Origin: a virus
Taxonomy: Duplodnaviria; Caudoviricetes
Reading direction: 5' to 3' (one strand)
Length of the DNA: 64,000 bases
Virus record (IMG/VR): IMGVR_UViG_3300025838_000035
Span: 14,778 to 78,777 of that record
A program made the position numbers and the translations under genes. The notes under the pieces were generated by a model. That model saw only the letters and a list, made by a program, of their open reading frames with translations, made no database searches and was not told the DNA's origin. Shown one piece after another: positions 44,706 through 54,271 of the stretch (its first letter is position 1; the number at the start of each line of letters is the position of its first letter).

Positions 44706-44750
44706 TTAATATTACTACTTTTTAAAATTAATGCAAATGTTTTTTACAAT

Positions 44751-44777
44751 AAAAAAGCCCCACTTTTTGGGTGGGGC
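44751..44777 (-). terminator. Intrinsic terminator after MCP
   Basis: GCCCCAC-loop-GTGGGGC-TTTTTT. Confidence 0.82.
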
Positions 44778-44802
44778 CAAAAGCTCAGGGGGGAGCTTTT
44801 AA

Positions 44803-45705
44803 TTAATAGGAACCGTAGATTCCCAATGGATCAGACCATCCGAAGCTATAACGCTCACGAGACTTGTAACGAACGTTACCAGTATCGAAGTCACCATCCA
44901 TGCTATTTTGCAAGGGGGTGCGAACGAAGTGCTTCATACCGTTAGGTACATCAGTAGTCAAGAACCAAGCATTGGTAGCTGTCAAGAAGTGGTTAATGGT
45001 GTAACCCTCTGGAACAGAACCGTTGTTCTTGATAGCGTTGATGTCGTTGTTGTTTGTACCAACACGCAATTCAGTATCGAGCAAACGAGTTGCAACGAAC
45101 TGGAGAGCAGGAGGAACAATCAACTTCTGGGGACGGGCAGCGATCAATAAGCCACGCTCATCTGTCCATGCAGCGATTTGAATAACTGCATTTTCCAATG
45201 CGGTTTCATTCAAGTCAGCAGGAGTAGAAGGAGTGTTAGCGTTAGTACCACCAGACACCAAGGGGTGAGCTGTATTGAACAGAGACACGCCATCACCACC
45301 AACGTAGGCAGAGTTGAAACCGTTGTTCAAAACGGCAGCAGCTTTAACCTGTTTGGTGTATGCCATCGCACGAGCCAAGCCTTTGGTATAGCGAGCAGAC
45401 AAAGAATCGTAGAGGTTATCTTCGATAGCTTCTTCTGTTAAGCTAAAGCCAAGGGCAATAGTTTCGTGGTTGTAGCGAGCAGTCCATGCTTCTTGTGCAT
45501 TGTCATAGCTGATGGCAGTACCTTCAGGCTTGACTGGTGCAGCAGAAAAACCAGACAGTTTTGTCTCTTCTTCAAAAGAACGCTCAGAGGTTTCTGTTTC
45601 ATAGATCTCTTTGTGTTCTTCACCATAACGTGCATACTCTAAACCGAACAAAGCGTTCAAGCCTGGGAGCAGCTCTTTCAATAGTTGTGCGCGTGAAATA
45701 GCCAT
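44803..45705 (-). CDS. Major capsid protein
   Basis: MAISRAQLLKELLPGLNALFGLEY...RYKSRERYSFGWSDP; 300 aa; strong RBS and terminator. Confidence 0.9.
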   Translation of the reverse strand: MAISRAQLLKELLPGLNALFGLEYARYGEEHKEIYETETSERSFEEETKLSGFSAAPVKPEGTAISYDNAQEAWTARYNHETIALGFSLTEEAIEDNLYDSLSARYTKGLARAMAYTKQVKAAAVLNNGFNSAYVGGDGVSLFNTAHPLVSGGTNANTPSTPADLNETALENAVIQIAAWTDERGLLIAARPQKLIVPPALQFVATRLLDTELRVGTNNNDINAIKNNGSVPEGYTINHFLTATNAWFLTTDVPNGMKHFVRTPLQNSMDGDFDTGNVRYKSRERYSFGWSDPLGIYGSY

Positions 45706-45720
45706 TTGTTAGCTCCTTAA

Positions 45721-46608
45721 TTAAACGCCAGTAGCATTAAAGTATGAATGGTAACCAAAGTTCCATTGTACTAATGCTTCAGGGAAACCGACAAAACTGT
45801 ATGTCGAACCAGACGCTGTTGTACCGATAGCGTTAGCTACAGTGACAGACGTACCACTTACTTGAGTTACATAGTTGTAATTACCTTGAGCACTGTTAGT
45901 CGCTCCAGATGCAGTACAAATGACTTGCATACCAGGTTGAATAGCAGAGTTGGCAGATGACAACGTAATGGTAGAGCTCGATGATGAACCAGTTGCTTGA
46001 ACCACAACTTGTGTATCAGTTACTGTTTGGATGATGCGGAAAGCGCCACCGCTAGTATTGCGAGTATTACCTTGAGTTGTACCACCAGCAAGGAAAGTAC
46101 CAGTCAAACCCATACCAGAGTCACCAGTAGTAGTGTTGCCAGAAGCAGAACCACCATTAGAACCATTGGTAATCAAGAGAGCATTTGTACCCACGAAAGC
46201 TTCACTGATATAACCAACGGCCGTACCAGGTGTGTTGCTAACTGAGCTAGTGCTTTGAGTTTGGAATGCTGCTTTGAAGACAACTTGAGGATCATCAACG
46301 ATGTAAGCAACTGCATAGTTCGACACTGTACTGGCAGGCCAGTATTGTGAACGAATAATTTGGCCTGAAGAGTTGGTGTATTCACAACCAACAAACACGC
46401 CAATAGTACCGTTAACAGGAGAAGTTGCTGCGCCCAAAGTAGTTACTGCAAGAGTACCACCTGAGAGCTGAACTACGTCACCGTTAAAAAAGTTGTAACC
46501 ATAACCAGAAGAAATAGGAACCATACGAGTAGAACCCGCAAACACCCTACCTCCAGTTAAGCTTACTGGTTTTAAGCCGTACACGGCTGAAACGACAGGA
46601 TAAGCCAT
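45721..46608 (-). CDS. Capsid decoration/minor capsid protein
   Basis: MAYPVVSAVYGLKPV...FVGCEYT; directly upstream of MCP. Confidence 0.7.
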   Translation of the reverse strand: MAYPVVSAVYGLKPVSLTGGRVFAGSTRMVPISSGYGYNFFNGDVVQLSGGTLAVTTLGAATSPVNGTIGVFVGCEYTNSSGQIIRSQYWPASTVSNYAVAYIVDDPQVVFKAAFQTQSTSSVSNTPGTAVGYISEAFVGTNALLITNGSNGGSASGNTTTGDSGMGLTGTFLAGGTTQGNTRNTSGGAFRIIQTVTDTQVVVQATGSSSSSTITLSSANSAIQPGMQVICTASGATNSAQGNYNYVTQVSGTSVTVANAIGTTASGSTYSFVGFPEALVQWNFGYHSYFNATGV

Positions 46609-46625
46609 TTTGAACTCCAAAAGTT

Positions 46626-47078
46626 TTAGACAGAACCTCTGCCAAATGTAGTCGTAGACTTCCTCTCATTGAAGATCGGCATTCTAGGATCACTCTGGCG
46701 CATAAGATTGTTATCTACTGCATCTGTTTGTTGACGGGTAACATTGGCATAGTATGCCTTTTCTTGTTGCCCCATCTCCTCTGGACGCTTGCAAAGTAAC
46801 AATCCGCCAATCAAGATGTTGTCTTTATAACGTCCATCAGGATCAGCTAACAATTTCATATGCGGCTGCTCTTCAATTCTGACTGCCTCCCAACCTTCTC
46901 TGTATGAGGAAGAAATATTCCTCTGGTCAGGTTCATTCAAAATCGAAACCCGCTTCCAGTGATATTCATAACCAGCTTCCTTGATCGGCTCTGGAAGAGT
47001 TTCAGGCGGCCTCCATTGTTGGGGACGGGCGCTTTTCTCTCTATTACTTAATTCACGGGGTACTCTGTTCTCAGCCAT
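46626..47078 (-). CDS. Conserved head-region protein
   Basis: WRPPETLP..P..GYEYHWKR...REGWEAV...GGLLLCK. Confidence 0.72.
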   Translation of the reverse strand: MAENRVPRELSNREKSARPQQWRPPETLPEPIKEAGYEYHWKRVSILNEPDQRNISSSYREGWEAVRIEEQPHMKLLADPDGRYKDNILIGGLLLCKRPEEMGQQEKAYYANVTRQQTDAVDNNLMRQSDPRMPIFNERKSTTTFGRGSV

Positions 47079-48034
47079 TATTGATTCTCCAAGTTACGTT
47101 TAGCATCAGCATATTGTTGTGGGGTTAAACCTAGTTTCTTGGCTATTGCCATTTCACTCTGTTTCATTTTGACCACTTTCGAAGCGGTGCTTCTAGTCGC
47201 GGGGGCCACAACAGTGCTCGGTTTTGTACGAGTTTCGCTTTTCTCTTCAACTGGTTCATCAAAACTTTCTGGGAACCGCCTACGCATTGTCTTGTCTAAC
47301 GTTGAGTAGTATGCTTCAGAGCCAACTGCCACACCTTGCCTCTCTAGTTTCCTATGAAGGCCAAGAGCTGCTGCTGTCATTTCCTCGTCTTGTCCGAACC
47401 AAGGATTTCGTTCCTGCCATTCCTGCGCTTTTCTGTCAGCACGGGGAGCTTGAACTTGCTCTTGTTGCGTTTGTACCTCAAATTTTTCCTCCTGTAAAGG
47501 GGGCATTTTGAAGCTTTGCGCTTGCAAAAGGCGCAAATTCGCTTGTTGCATCTTGTTTTGAGCTTCAACAATAGCGTCTGTATCACCAGACTCATATGCC
47601 TGTTTATAGGCATTTTTTGCCATCTGAAGCTCAAGATTTGCTGCATTATTGAGGGTATTTGCGTACTCTTGACCCCCAGATTGCAACATTCCCTTGATGC
47701 GTTTGTTCTCTTCTAGCAAACGTTGCGCTAAAGTGACGGCCTGCTGTTGCTCTCGCTGTGCGGCTTCCTTCTCTCTACGCTCGTCATGCCACACTCGCTT
47801 CATTTGAATGAGCTTGTCTTTGGCATCTTTGCTATATTTGTCGAGATCATCTGTCTCGACTTCAAGATTCTTGACAAATTCTTGCGGAACGGGCTTGCGG
47901 CCACGGTCTTCTGGAGGAGTATCGTCCTCAATTTCAATTTCAACGGATGATGAGTCCGACTCATCATTCACTTTAGTATTACTTTCTTCAAGTTCATCTG
48001 GAAACTTGAAGTCAAATTTATCATTTTCAGCCAT
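47078..48034 (-). CDS. Scaffolding protein
   Basis: Acidic N-terminus, long coiled coil, WQERNPWFG, AKKLGLTPQQYA tail. Confidence 0.78.
   Translation of the reverse strand: MAENDKFDFKFPDELEESNTKVNDESDSSSVEIEIEDDTPPEDRGRKPVPQEFVKNLEVETDDLDKYSKDAKDKLIQMKRVWHDERREKEAAQREQQQAVTLAQRLLEENKRIKGMLQSGGQEYANTLNNAANLELQMAKNAYKQAYESGDTDAIVEAQNKMQQANLRLLQAQSFKMPPLQEEKFEVQTQQEQVQAPRADRKAQEWQERNPWFGQDEEMTAAALGLHRKLERQGVAVGSEAYYSTLDKTMRRRFPESFDEPVEEKSETRTKPSTVVAPATRSTASKVVKMKQSEMAIAKKLGLTPQQYADAKRNLENQ
47945..47969. promoter_or_regulatory. 25-bp pseudo-palindrome site 6 (intragenic)
   Basis: GGATGATGAGTCCGACTCATCATTC; perfect 10-bp arms; encodes NDESDSSS. Confidence 0.75.
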
Positions 48035-48044
48035 GTTCAGCTCC

Positions 48045-48449
48045 TTAGTTTGAACGCTTGATGCCGCGTGGATCGTCTACCACCGCTTCAACCGTGTCAT
48101 CGTTGATCATTCTGAATTCTCTACCATGAATCAGCAATCGTGAGCCCGAATTCGGTCTAACAATCACAAAATCACCCTTTTTACACCACGGACCACTAGG
48201 GAAACGTGCAGTATCGGAGTAACAATCAGGGCCAAGATCGACAACGAAAAGGACTGTAGCCAGTTTCTCTTCAAAGTTGACTGTCGAATCGGCTTTAACA
48301 ATGCCGCTTTCGAACTCTTTTTCAACCTCAGGGATAGCGCAAAGAATGCGATAACCACTTGGCTTGGGTAGTTGTGTAGCCTTCTCTTCAGCAGGTACAT
48401 TTAATAGTGCGGATAAGTCCACCGCTTGGGTTAAATCAACATCATTCAT
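48045..48449 (-). CDS. groES: GroES-like co-chaperonin
   Basis: PKPSGYRIL..ESGIV...VVDLGPDCY...PWCKKGDFV...FRMINDDTVEAVV. Confidence 0.82.
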   Translation of the reverse strand: MNDVDLTQAVDLSALLNVPAEEKATQLPKPSGYRILCAIPEVEKEFESGIVKADSTVNFEEKLATVLFVVDLGPDCYSDTARFPSGPWCKKGDFVIVRPNSGSRLLIHGREFRMINDDTVEAVVDDPRGIKRSN

Positions 48450-48636
48450 CGTCCGAATGCTCCATTTTCTTTTTCAAGTCTAATATGTTTTGTCGTGCGA
48501 CCAGCAGACCTCGTATCTCGCCGCACAAATTTAAATACTCAGAATAGTCTTTGGCTTGCCCGCTAGCTAACCAATCCTTGAGCATTACTACATTTGATTC
48601 CAGTTGTTGTACCAGAACATCTGATGCATCCATCAC
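48442..48636 (-). CDS. Small conserved head-region protein
   Basis: LASGQAKDYSEYLNLCGEIRGL. Confidence 0.7.
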   Translation of the reverse strand: MMDASDVLVQQLESNVVMLKDWLASGQAKDYSEYLNLCGEIRGLLVARQNILDLKKKMEHSDDE

Positions 48637-51266
48637 TCTCCTTTAGGTTTCTTACTTGCCATTCGCTCTTGATGTTTGACCTGCATGATTGACTTCATGC
48701 CGTCTGCAACAAGCTCGTCCTTAGCCCGAGTATCAGCAGTTCTGTCTGCTAAATACTGCTTGGCCATCTCAACACCATGAGCAACCGAATCGGAATGCTT
48801 TTTGGTCTTGATCTCTGCCACCTTGGAAGCTGCTTCCATGTGTATCTTTTTCTCACCTATTTCATTAGCTTGTTGTCCAAGCATATGTTTAGATGCCGTT
48901 TGCGCCATTGCAATTTGTTGCTTAGATTGGTTTTGCGCCATAGCCACTTGTTGTTGTGACTGAATACGCATCTGCTCAATCTGCAACTGCTGCTGCTTGA
49001 TCTGCAACTGCATTGCATCCATCTGGGCTTTCTGCTGTTGGGCTTGAGCCTTAAGCTGCAACTCTTGTTGTTGCATCTGAATAATTGGATCTTGCGCTTG
49101 TTGTTGAGCTTGTTGTTGTGCTGCTTGACCTTGAGATTGTTGTAACAATCTTTGAGCCGCCTGAGCAAGCAACGGAGCCAATTGAGCTTCCACCTTGGGA
49201 TCCATCTTTTCCTGTTCGCCAGACTCGTCTGTCTGTGGAGGTAATGCAAATCCTAGTTGTTGCTCAATCTGCACCCTATACTCAAAGCCAATGTGCTCAT
49301 TAATATGAGCCATAAGTGCTTGAGTAATAAGAGGAGCTTGTGGGTTACTCTGCAATAATTGTTGGGTTTTTGGATCCTGCATTGCAGACATATGGACTGT
49401 AATGTGCGCCTGATGATCCTGATAAGAAAAAGCTTTAAGCGGTTTCATTACCAAAGCGTTTTGATTCTCCGTGACTGGATCAGTCGGAGCTTGGTCTTCA
49501 GCCATAGGAATCAGCTTGTTAACATCCTTAATACCTAAAACATCAAGCATCTGCTTATGCAATAGGGGCATGTTATATAGCTGAGGAGCCTGTGAAGCTA
49601 ACTGTAAAACCGCCTGATATTGAACAATCTTCTGCGCCATCGTGGACGCATTAGGATCAGCTACTGGGATTACATCGACATTGTGATAGTCAGATTTCTT
49701 GGCTTTTCTACTACCTTCTTCAGGATCATAGTCGTAATCTTCAGGCGTATAGTCAGCAATGATCTCCTTCAAAAGACCCAACTCTTGCTGCATCGAATAG
49801 TAAATTCGAGCCTGAATAGCAGTCGTTACCTTTAGCGTTCTCTCCAAAATAGCCAAAGTCGTACCAACTGGAGACTGTCCAGACATATCACTAATCTGCA
49901 AGTCAGCCGTATTAGCAAAGCGTCTTCCGTCTTCAACGATCTGATTCAACAAAGCCATCAATACTTGGCTAGGTTCCTTATAAGGCAACGGCAATAAGTT
50001 GTCTTTAATAGATCCGCTAGGAACGTCAACGTCCCTGAACTCTCCAGGTGCAATCGGTGTATCGTCACCTTTCACCCTCAAGCCACGAGTCTTGAATCCA
50101 CCAGGCAAGTTACTCAGCGTACCCGCATCAACCAACTGTCTAATTAAAGACGTACCAGACTTGGCAAAAGCTCCAATTAAATGGATCAAACCAAAGTGAT
50201 AGAAACCAAATCCAGGTACATATCCATAGTGGACAAAATGCTGTCTCTTGGCCTTAGTCGGATCATCTGGTGACCAGTTTCTCCTTACCGCCAATACGCT
50301 TGTAGTACCTTTTTCAATCGTAACTATATAAGGCAAAGCAATGCCAGTCGGCTCACCATGCTTATCTACATCTTCAAATCCAGGTAAATCCAAGTCCACA
50401 TGGATCTCTAATACCTTGTATCTATCGTCCGAAGTAGCTCTAAAGCCAAGCTTTTCAGCAATCTTCTTCTCGACTTCATCTAATATATTATCTGGGTGAC
50501 CGAGATCTACATCTCTATAGAAACCAGCAACCTGTAATCTTCTCAACTCATTTTCCGTCTTCCTCATCACATGAGTAATACGGGGAGCACTCTCTAAACT
50601 ACTGGCTCCATAAGGAACAACCACATCCTCGGCAGGAGCAAACATCGACACCTGTCTTCTCATATGGGGATCGTAATACACTTTCTTAAATGCATTACCC
50701 GCTAACCCTAGGCCCCACAACATCCTCTCATGCTCAGGACGGTACTCTTTCATAACGTCCATCAACTGATAGTTCATGTCATTCTGAACTCGCTCAGCAG
50801 CTTCCTTCTTAGCCTGAGTCTCTTTCCCAACGATCTGAGTCTTTACTGGCCCAGCCGCAGGAAACGTACTCATCATTGTTTCAGCTTGGAATTTGACCAA
50901 AGCCTCAGCCAACAACGGGTGAAACACTCCACATGCTCCCTCCCAAGGCTCCGTCCTCTCCTCAATCTTCAATCCCAACAACTCTAGTCCATCGACATAA
51001 GTCTGCATCCATTCTTTTCTAGACGCCAAGTCAGAATCAAAATCCCCAATCAATTCTGTCGCAATACTCAATAACTCCTGCTCTCCAATGAAGTCAGCTA
51101 AGTTATCGTCAAAAGCAATATCGTGATCCTTGCCCATTTCAATATCCAACCCATCAGCGTGAATGCTCACACTCTCAGGATCTTCTATCTCTATCTCTAT
51201 TTCTGGGCCATCGTTTAATAAATCTTCCAGTCCACTAGGAGCCCGATTAAGTGCTTTTTCCAACAT
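48633..51266 (-). CDS. Portal protein (P22-like) with Gln-rich C-terminal barrel
   Basis: SRKEWMQTYVDGLELLG..EPWEGACGVFHP...AGTLSNLPGG..PLPYKEPS. Confidence 0.92.
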   Translation of the reverse strand: MLEKALNRAPSGLEDLLNDGPEIEIEIEDPESVSIHADGLDIEMGKDHDIAFDDNLADFIGEQELLSIATELIGDFDSDLASRKEWMQTYVDGLELLGLKIEERTEPWEGACGVFHPLLAEALVKFQAETMMSTFPAAGPVKTQIVGKETQAKKEAAERVQNDMNYQLMDVMKEYRPEHERMLWGLGLAGNAFKKVYYDPHMRRQVSMFAPAEDVVVPYGASSLESAPRITHVMRKTENELRRLQVAGFYRDVDLGHPDNILDEVEKKIAEKLGFRATSDDRYKVLEIHVDLDLPGFEDVDKHGEPTGIALPYIVTIEKGTTSVLAVRRNWSPDDPTKAKRQHFVHYGYVPGFGFYHFGLIHLIGAFAKSGTSLIRQLVDAGTLSNLPGGFKTRGLRVKGDDTPIAPGEFRDVDVPSGSIKDNLLPLPYKEPSQVLMALLNQIVEDGRRFANTADLQISDMSGQSPVGTTLAILERTLKVTTAIQARIYYSMQQELGLLKEIIADYTPEDYDYDPEEGSRKAKKSDYHNVDVIPVADPNASTMAQKIVQYQAVLQLASQAPQLYNMPLLHKQMLDVLGIKDVNKLIPMAEDQAPTDPVTENQNALVMKPLKAFSYQDHQAHITVHMSAMQDPKTQQLLQSNPQAPLITQALMAHINEHIGFEYRVQIEQQLGFALPPQTDESGEQEKMDPKVEAQLAPLLAQAAQRLLQQSQGQAAQQQAQQQAQDPIIQMQQQELQLKAQAQQQKAQMDAMQLQIKQQQLQIEQMRIQSQQQVAMAQNQSKQQIAMAQTASKHMLGQQANEIGEKKIHMEAASKVAEIKTKKHSDSVAHGVEMAKQYLADRTADTRAKDELVADGMKSIMQVKHQERMASKKPKGE

Positions 51267-51268
51267 AA

Positions 51269-51703
51269 TTAATCCTTATTTTTTGCAGTTCCAGTCGTGT
51301 TATGACTCTTATCATCCCAGTCATAACCCACTGATGTAGGTTCCCCTTTTAACCATTTCTGTATGGATAAAAAGCAACCCCCTCGTTCCCCAAATTTCCC
51401 ACCGTGCCATGCAGTCGGCAACACCCTTATCGTATCACCAAGTGACGTCTGAGAAAACACCTGATCGTCACAACTAAACTCAATGTCCCCCGTCATAAAC
51501 ACTTCAAACGAATCTACATTTGGGTGTATATGCGGCTCAATCACAGAATTAGGCTTTACAGTAAACAATTGCACCTGATAAGGCGCATCCCTAAACAACA
51601 CCACGCCATGAAGATTCCCCGAATAATCCAATCCCATTTCCATAGGACTATTGATCGGTCGATGCGCCATCCAATAATTCATAAACTTTTCTAAATCATC
51701 CAT
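51269..51703 (-). CDS. Cupin-fold protein
   Basis: IEPHIHPNVDSFEVF...PTAWHGG. Confidence 0.7.
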   Translation of the reverse strand: MDDLEKFMNYWMAHRPINSPMEMGLDYSGNLHGVVLFRDAPYQVQLFTVKPNSVIEPHIHPNVDSFEVFMTGDIEFSCDDQVFSQTSLGDTIRVLPTAWHGGKFGERGGCFLSIQKWLKGEPTSVGYDWDDKSHNTTGTAKNKD

Positions 51704-53193
51704 TAGTAATATGGAACCTTTCTTCTAAAGTGTCTTGGCTCATCTTCTTCATCTGTATCCAACCTCAAAAACCCACCAGCCCTAAACCGAATCAAAGCCT
51801 GCGTACTGCTATCCACCAAGTCATCATGCTCACTATTTGGAAAACTGGCCATCTGCTCAACAACCTCATCCGCCCACCTCGTCTCAGGACACCACACCTT
51901 CCCCGACCTGAACAAGTCCGTCACAGAATTCAACCTGACAAACTTATCATTCCCCCTCGTAGGAGTAAACTCACTCACAGGTATCCCCATCCTCCTCAAC
52001 TCAAAGATCAACGGACTACCCGCAGCTTTTGCCTCAATGATAAAAGCATCAGGACTCCACTCCCGATAATAACTATAAGCCGCTTCCTTCAGCTCAGGAA
52101 ACTCCATCCTCCTTTGCACCGCATCCAACAAAATCACGTTCACATCATTGGGGTCTTCATTCAAATTAAACACCCCCCATGTCGTACACGCACTATAGTC
52201 AGACCTCTCATTCTTCGTAAAAGCCGTATCCCATGACTGAATAATAAAACTGCAAGGAGGCGGTCTATCTTCCTTCCATCTCCTCCACCACTCCCTCTTA
52301 ACCAACGCCCCCTCTTCACCAGTCGGCCTTTGCTGATATTGAGCATTCCACTTAGATATTGGCAACTCATCCCTCAGCGCACTCAGCTCATCCAAACTCC
52401 AAAACTCTGGCCACAAAGGATTCCCATTCGGCATGATCGCAGGCAACTCAATCAGCTCCCACTGCTCACCCTTCTCCCTCTGTATCGCATCCCTCAATAC
52501 CCGACCCGTTAAATCCCCATCCCCCCAACGGGTCATCACAATCACAATACTCCCACCTGGCTGTAAACGTTGCCGCGGCCCAGACGTATACCACTCATAA
52601 ACCTTCGCATAAACATCAGGATTCCCCGCCGCCATAGCAGCTTCCTGTTCTGAATGCGGATCATCAATAATCAACAAATCCGCACCCTTACCCGTTACCG
52701 TACCCCCAACACCAATCGCAAAATATTCCCCATTCTTATTCGTACTCCACCTACCCGCCGCCTTACTATCCTGTCTCAAATTTACCTCTGGAAACACAGT
52801 CTTATACTGCTCACTCCCCACCAAGTTCCTAACCTTCCTACCAAACCCAACCGCTAACTCAGCAGTATTCGAACACTGAATCACCTTCTTACTAGGGTAC
52901 TTACCCAAAAACCAACTAGGCAATAAATAACTCGCAAACTCACTCTTTGTATGACGAGGCGCCATATTGATAATCAACCGCTTACTCTCACCCCTCGCAA
53001 TAGCCTCAAACTTTTTCGCCATCACCGAATGATGCCTACCCCCAACAAACCCAGGCCACATCATCTTCACATACGCCATAAAACTGTCCTGAGCCTCCTC
53101 CCTCAAGACACTCTCCTTCACCGCATACACCTTCTCCATGAATGCTTCATATTCATCCTTACTTAACTTCGATATCAATTCTTCTAAATTCAA
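51703..53193 (-). CDS. terL: Terminase large subunit
   Basis: INMAPRHTKSE, GKGADLLIIDDPH, QSWDTA, IEAKAAG, HDDLVDS. Confidence 0.95.
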   Translation of the reverse strand: MNLEELISKLSKDEYEAFMEKVYAVKESVLREEAQDSFMAYVKMMWPGFVGGRHHSVMAKKFEAIARGESKRLIINMAPRHTKSEFASYLLPSWFLGKYPSKKVIQCSNTAELAVGFGRKVRNLVGSEQYKTVFPEVNLRQDSKAAGRWSTNKNGEYFAIGVGGTVTGKGADLLIIDDPHSEQEAAMAAGNPDVYAKVYEWYTSGPRQRLQPGGSIVIVMTRWGDGDLTGRVLRDAIQREKGEQWELIELPAIMPNGNPLWPEFWSLDELSALRDELPISKWNAQYQQRPTGEEGALVKREWWRRWKEDRPPPCSFIIQSWDTAFTKNERSDYSACTTWGVFNLNEDPNDVNVILLDAVQRRMEFPELKEAAYSYYREWSPDAFIIEAKAAGSPLIFELRRMGIPVSEFTPTRGNDKFVRLNSVTDLFRSGKVWCPETRWADEVVEQMASFPNSEHDDLVDSSTQALIRFRAGGFLRLDTDEEDEPRHFRRKVPYY

Positions 53194-53414
53194 TCTTTCT
53201 TCCTCACAAACTTAATATATACCGGCCTTACACTCCGCCTATTCTTCATCCTCTTCACCGCACCTAACTTCTCCAGCCGATCAATGATCTTCTTCACCCC
53301 ACTCACACCACTAACCCCCCGTATCTGCGCTATATCCCTATAACTAGGACTACACGCATACTTAACCCAATACCTCTCAATGATCTCATAAACCTCACTC
53401 TGCACTGGCGTCAT
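53190..53414 (-). CDS. LexA-type winged-helix DNA-binding protein (no peptidase domain)
   Basis: MTPVQSEVYEII...SPSYRDIAQIRG...KIIDRLEKLGAVKR, like the LexA N-terminus. Confidence 0.75.
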   Translation of the reverse strand: MTPVQSEVYEIIERYWVKYACSPSYRDIAQIRGVSGVSGVKKIIDRLEKLGAVKRMKNRRSVRPVYIKFVRKKD

Positions 53415-54196
53415 ATACCCCCCATCGTATGGAACCCACTACTTTTCATAGGGGGAGGGTTTTCCCTGGTGTATGTTGAGTCGGACTCATCATGCGAATT
53501 AGGGGGTGGGGGGTCACTTTGTAAATTTTGGGATAGGGTGTCTGGAATAGTATGTACCTCATTCAGGGACTCCTGAACGCTATTTGGGGGGGTCGGGGAT
53601 GCGCCCTCGCTTGCTGCCACATCTTCGCCTGGGTAGCCCGTCAATTCTGAAAGTAGAGAATGAGCTTCAACATCGACAATATCATTAGAGCTATCCCTCT
53701 TGAGCAGTCGCTTGATCTCTTCGAGCAAATCGTCTTTAGCCATTGTTGAATGCTTAGCTTGTTTTTCTGTTGTTTGCTCTTTAAACATATCGACACCAGT
53801 AATGGAGCCAATTACACGAGACGCATTGATCTTGTCGGAATGCTTAGCTCCATCATCTAATAGAACTTGAGCCAAACTATCCACAACCAATGCCCTCAAT
53901 TGTGGGGGCGCATAATACGCACTACGCTCTACCGCCAGTCTAACCCGTTCTATCTCTAGGGAAATTTTAGGCGTATTTGCCAACTTATGTGCATCTACAC
54001 CTATTACGTTAGGATTTGCCTTAGTGTTATACGTCTTCCTATATGCATTGGCTTTGCTCTCCCCATTGATTACGATCTCTTTAACAAAGCGCTTTTGTTT
54101 TTCTGTTAATTGTCTCTCCGCCTTATTACTGATGATTGAGCTTATTGGTATTTGATCTAATGCTTCATTGATCTGGTCTTTTGTCATCTTATGCAT
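53411..54196 (-). CDS. terS: Terminase small subunit
   Basis: LTEKQKRFVKEI...ANAYRKTY HTH; upstream of terL; disordered Pro-rich tail. Confidence 0.82.
   Translation of the reverse strand: MHKMTKDQINEALDQIPISSIISNKAERQLTEKQKRFVKEIVINGESKANAYRKTYNTKANPNVIGVDAHKLANTPKISLEIERVRLAVERSAYYAPPQLRALVVDSLAQVLLDDGAKHSDKINASRVIGSITGVDMFKEQTTEKQAKHSTMAKDDLLEEIKRLLKRDSSNDIVDVEAHSLLSELTGYPGEDVAASEGASPTPPNSVQESLNEVHTIPDTLSQNLQSDPPPPNSHDESDSTYTRENPPPMKSSGFHTMGGI
53471..53495. promoter_or_regulatory. 25-bp pseudo-palindrome site 7 (in terS 3' end)
   Basis: GTATGTTGAGTCGGACTCATCATGC; encodes HDESDSTY. Confidence 0.75.
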
Positions 54197-54271
54197 AACT
54201 GCTCCGCTTCGCTTAATTGGGACAATTGTATGGTGAACAAACGATTAAAACAATACAGACCGCCCGATTTT

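Noticed and set aside
11157-52857. Many plus-strand ORFs of 60-170 aa opposite the virion genes (e.g. 11157, 14670, 15681, 16089, 41959, 51730)
   Set aside because: Antisense shadows of long coding genes or of low-complexity/skewed DNA; no RBS or family motifs.
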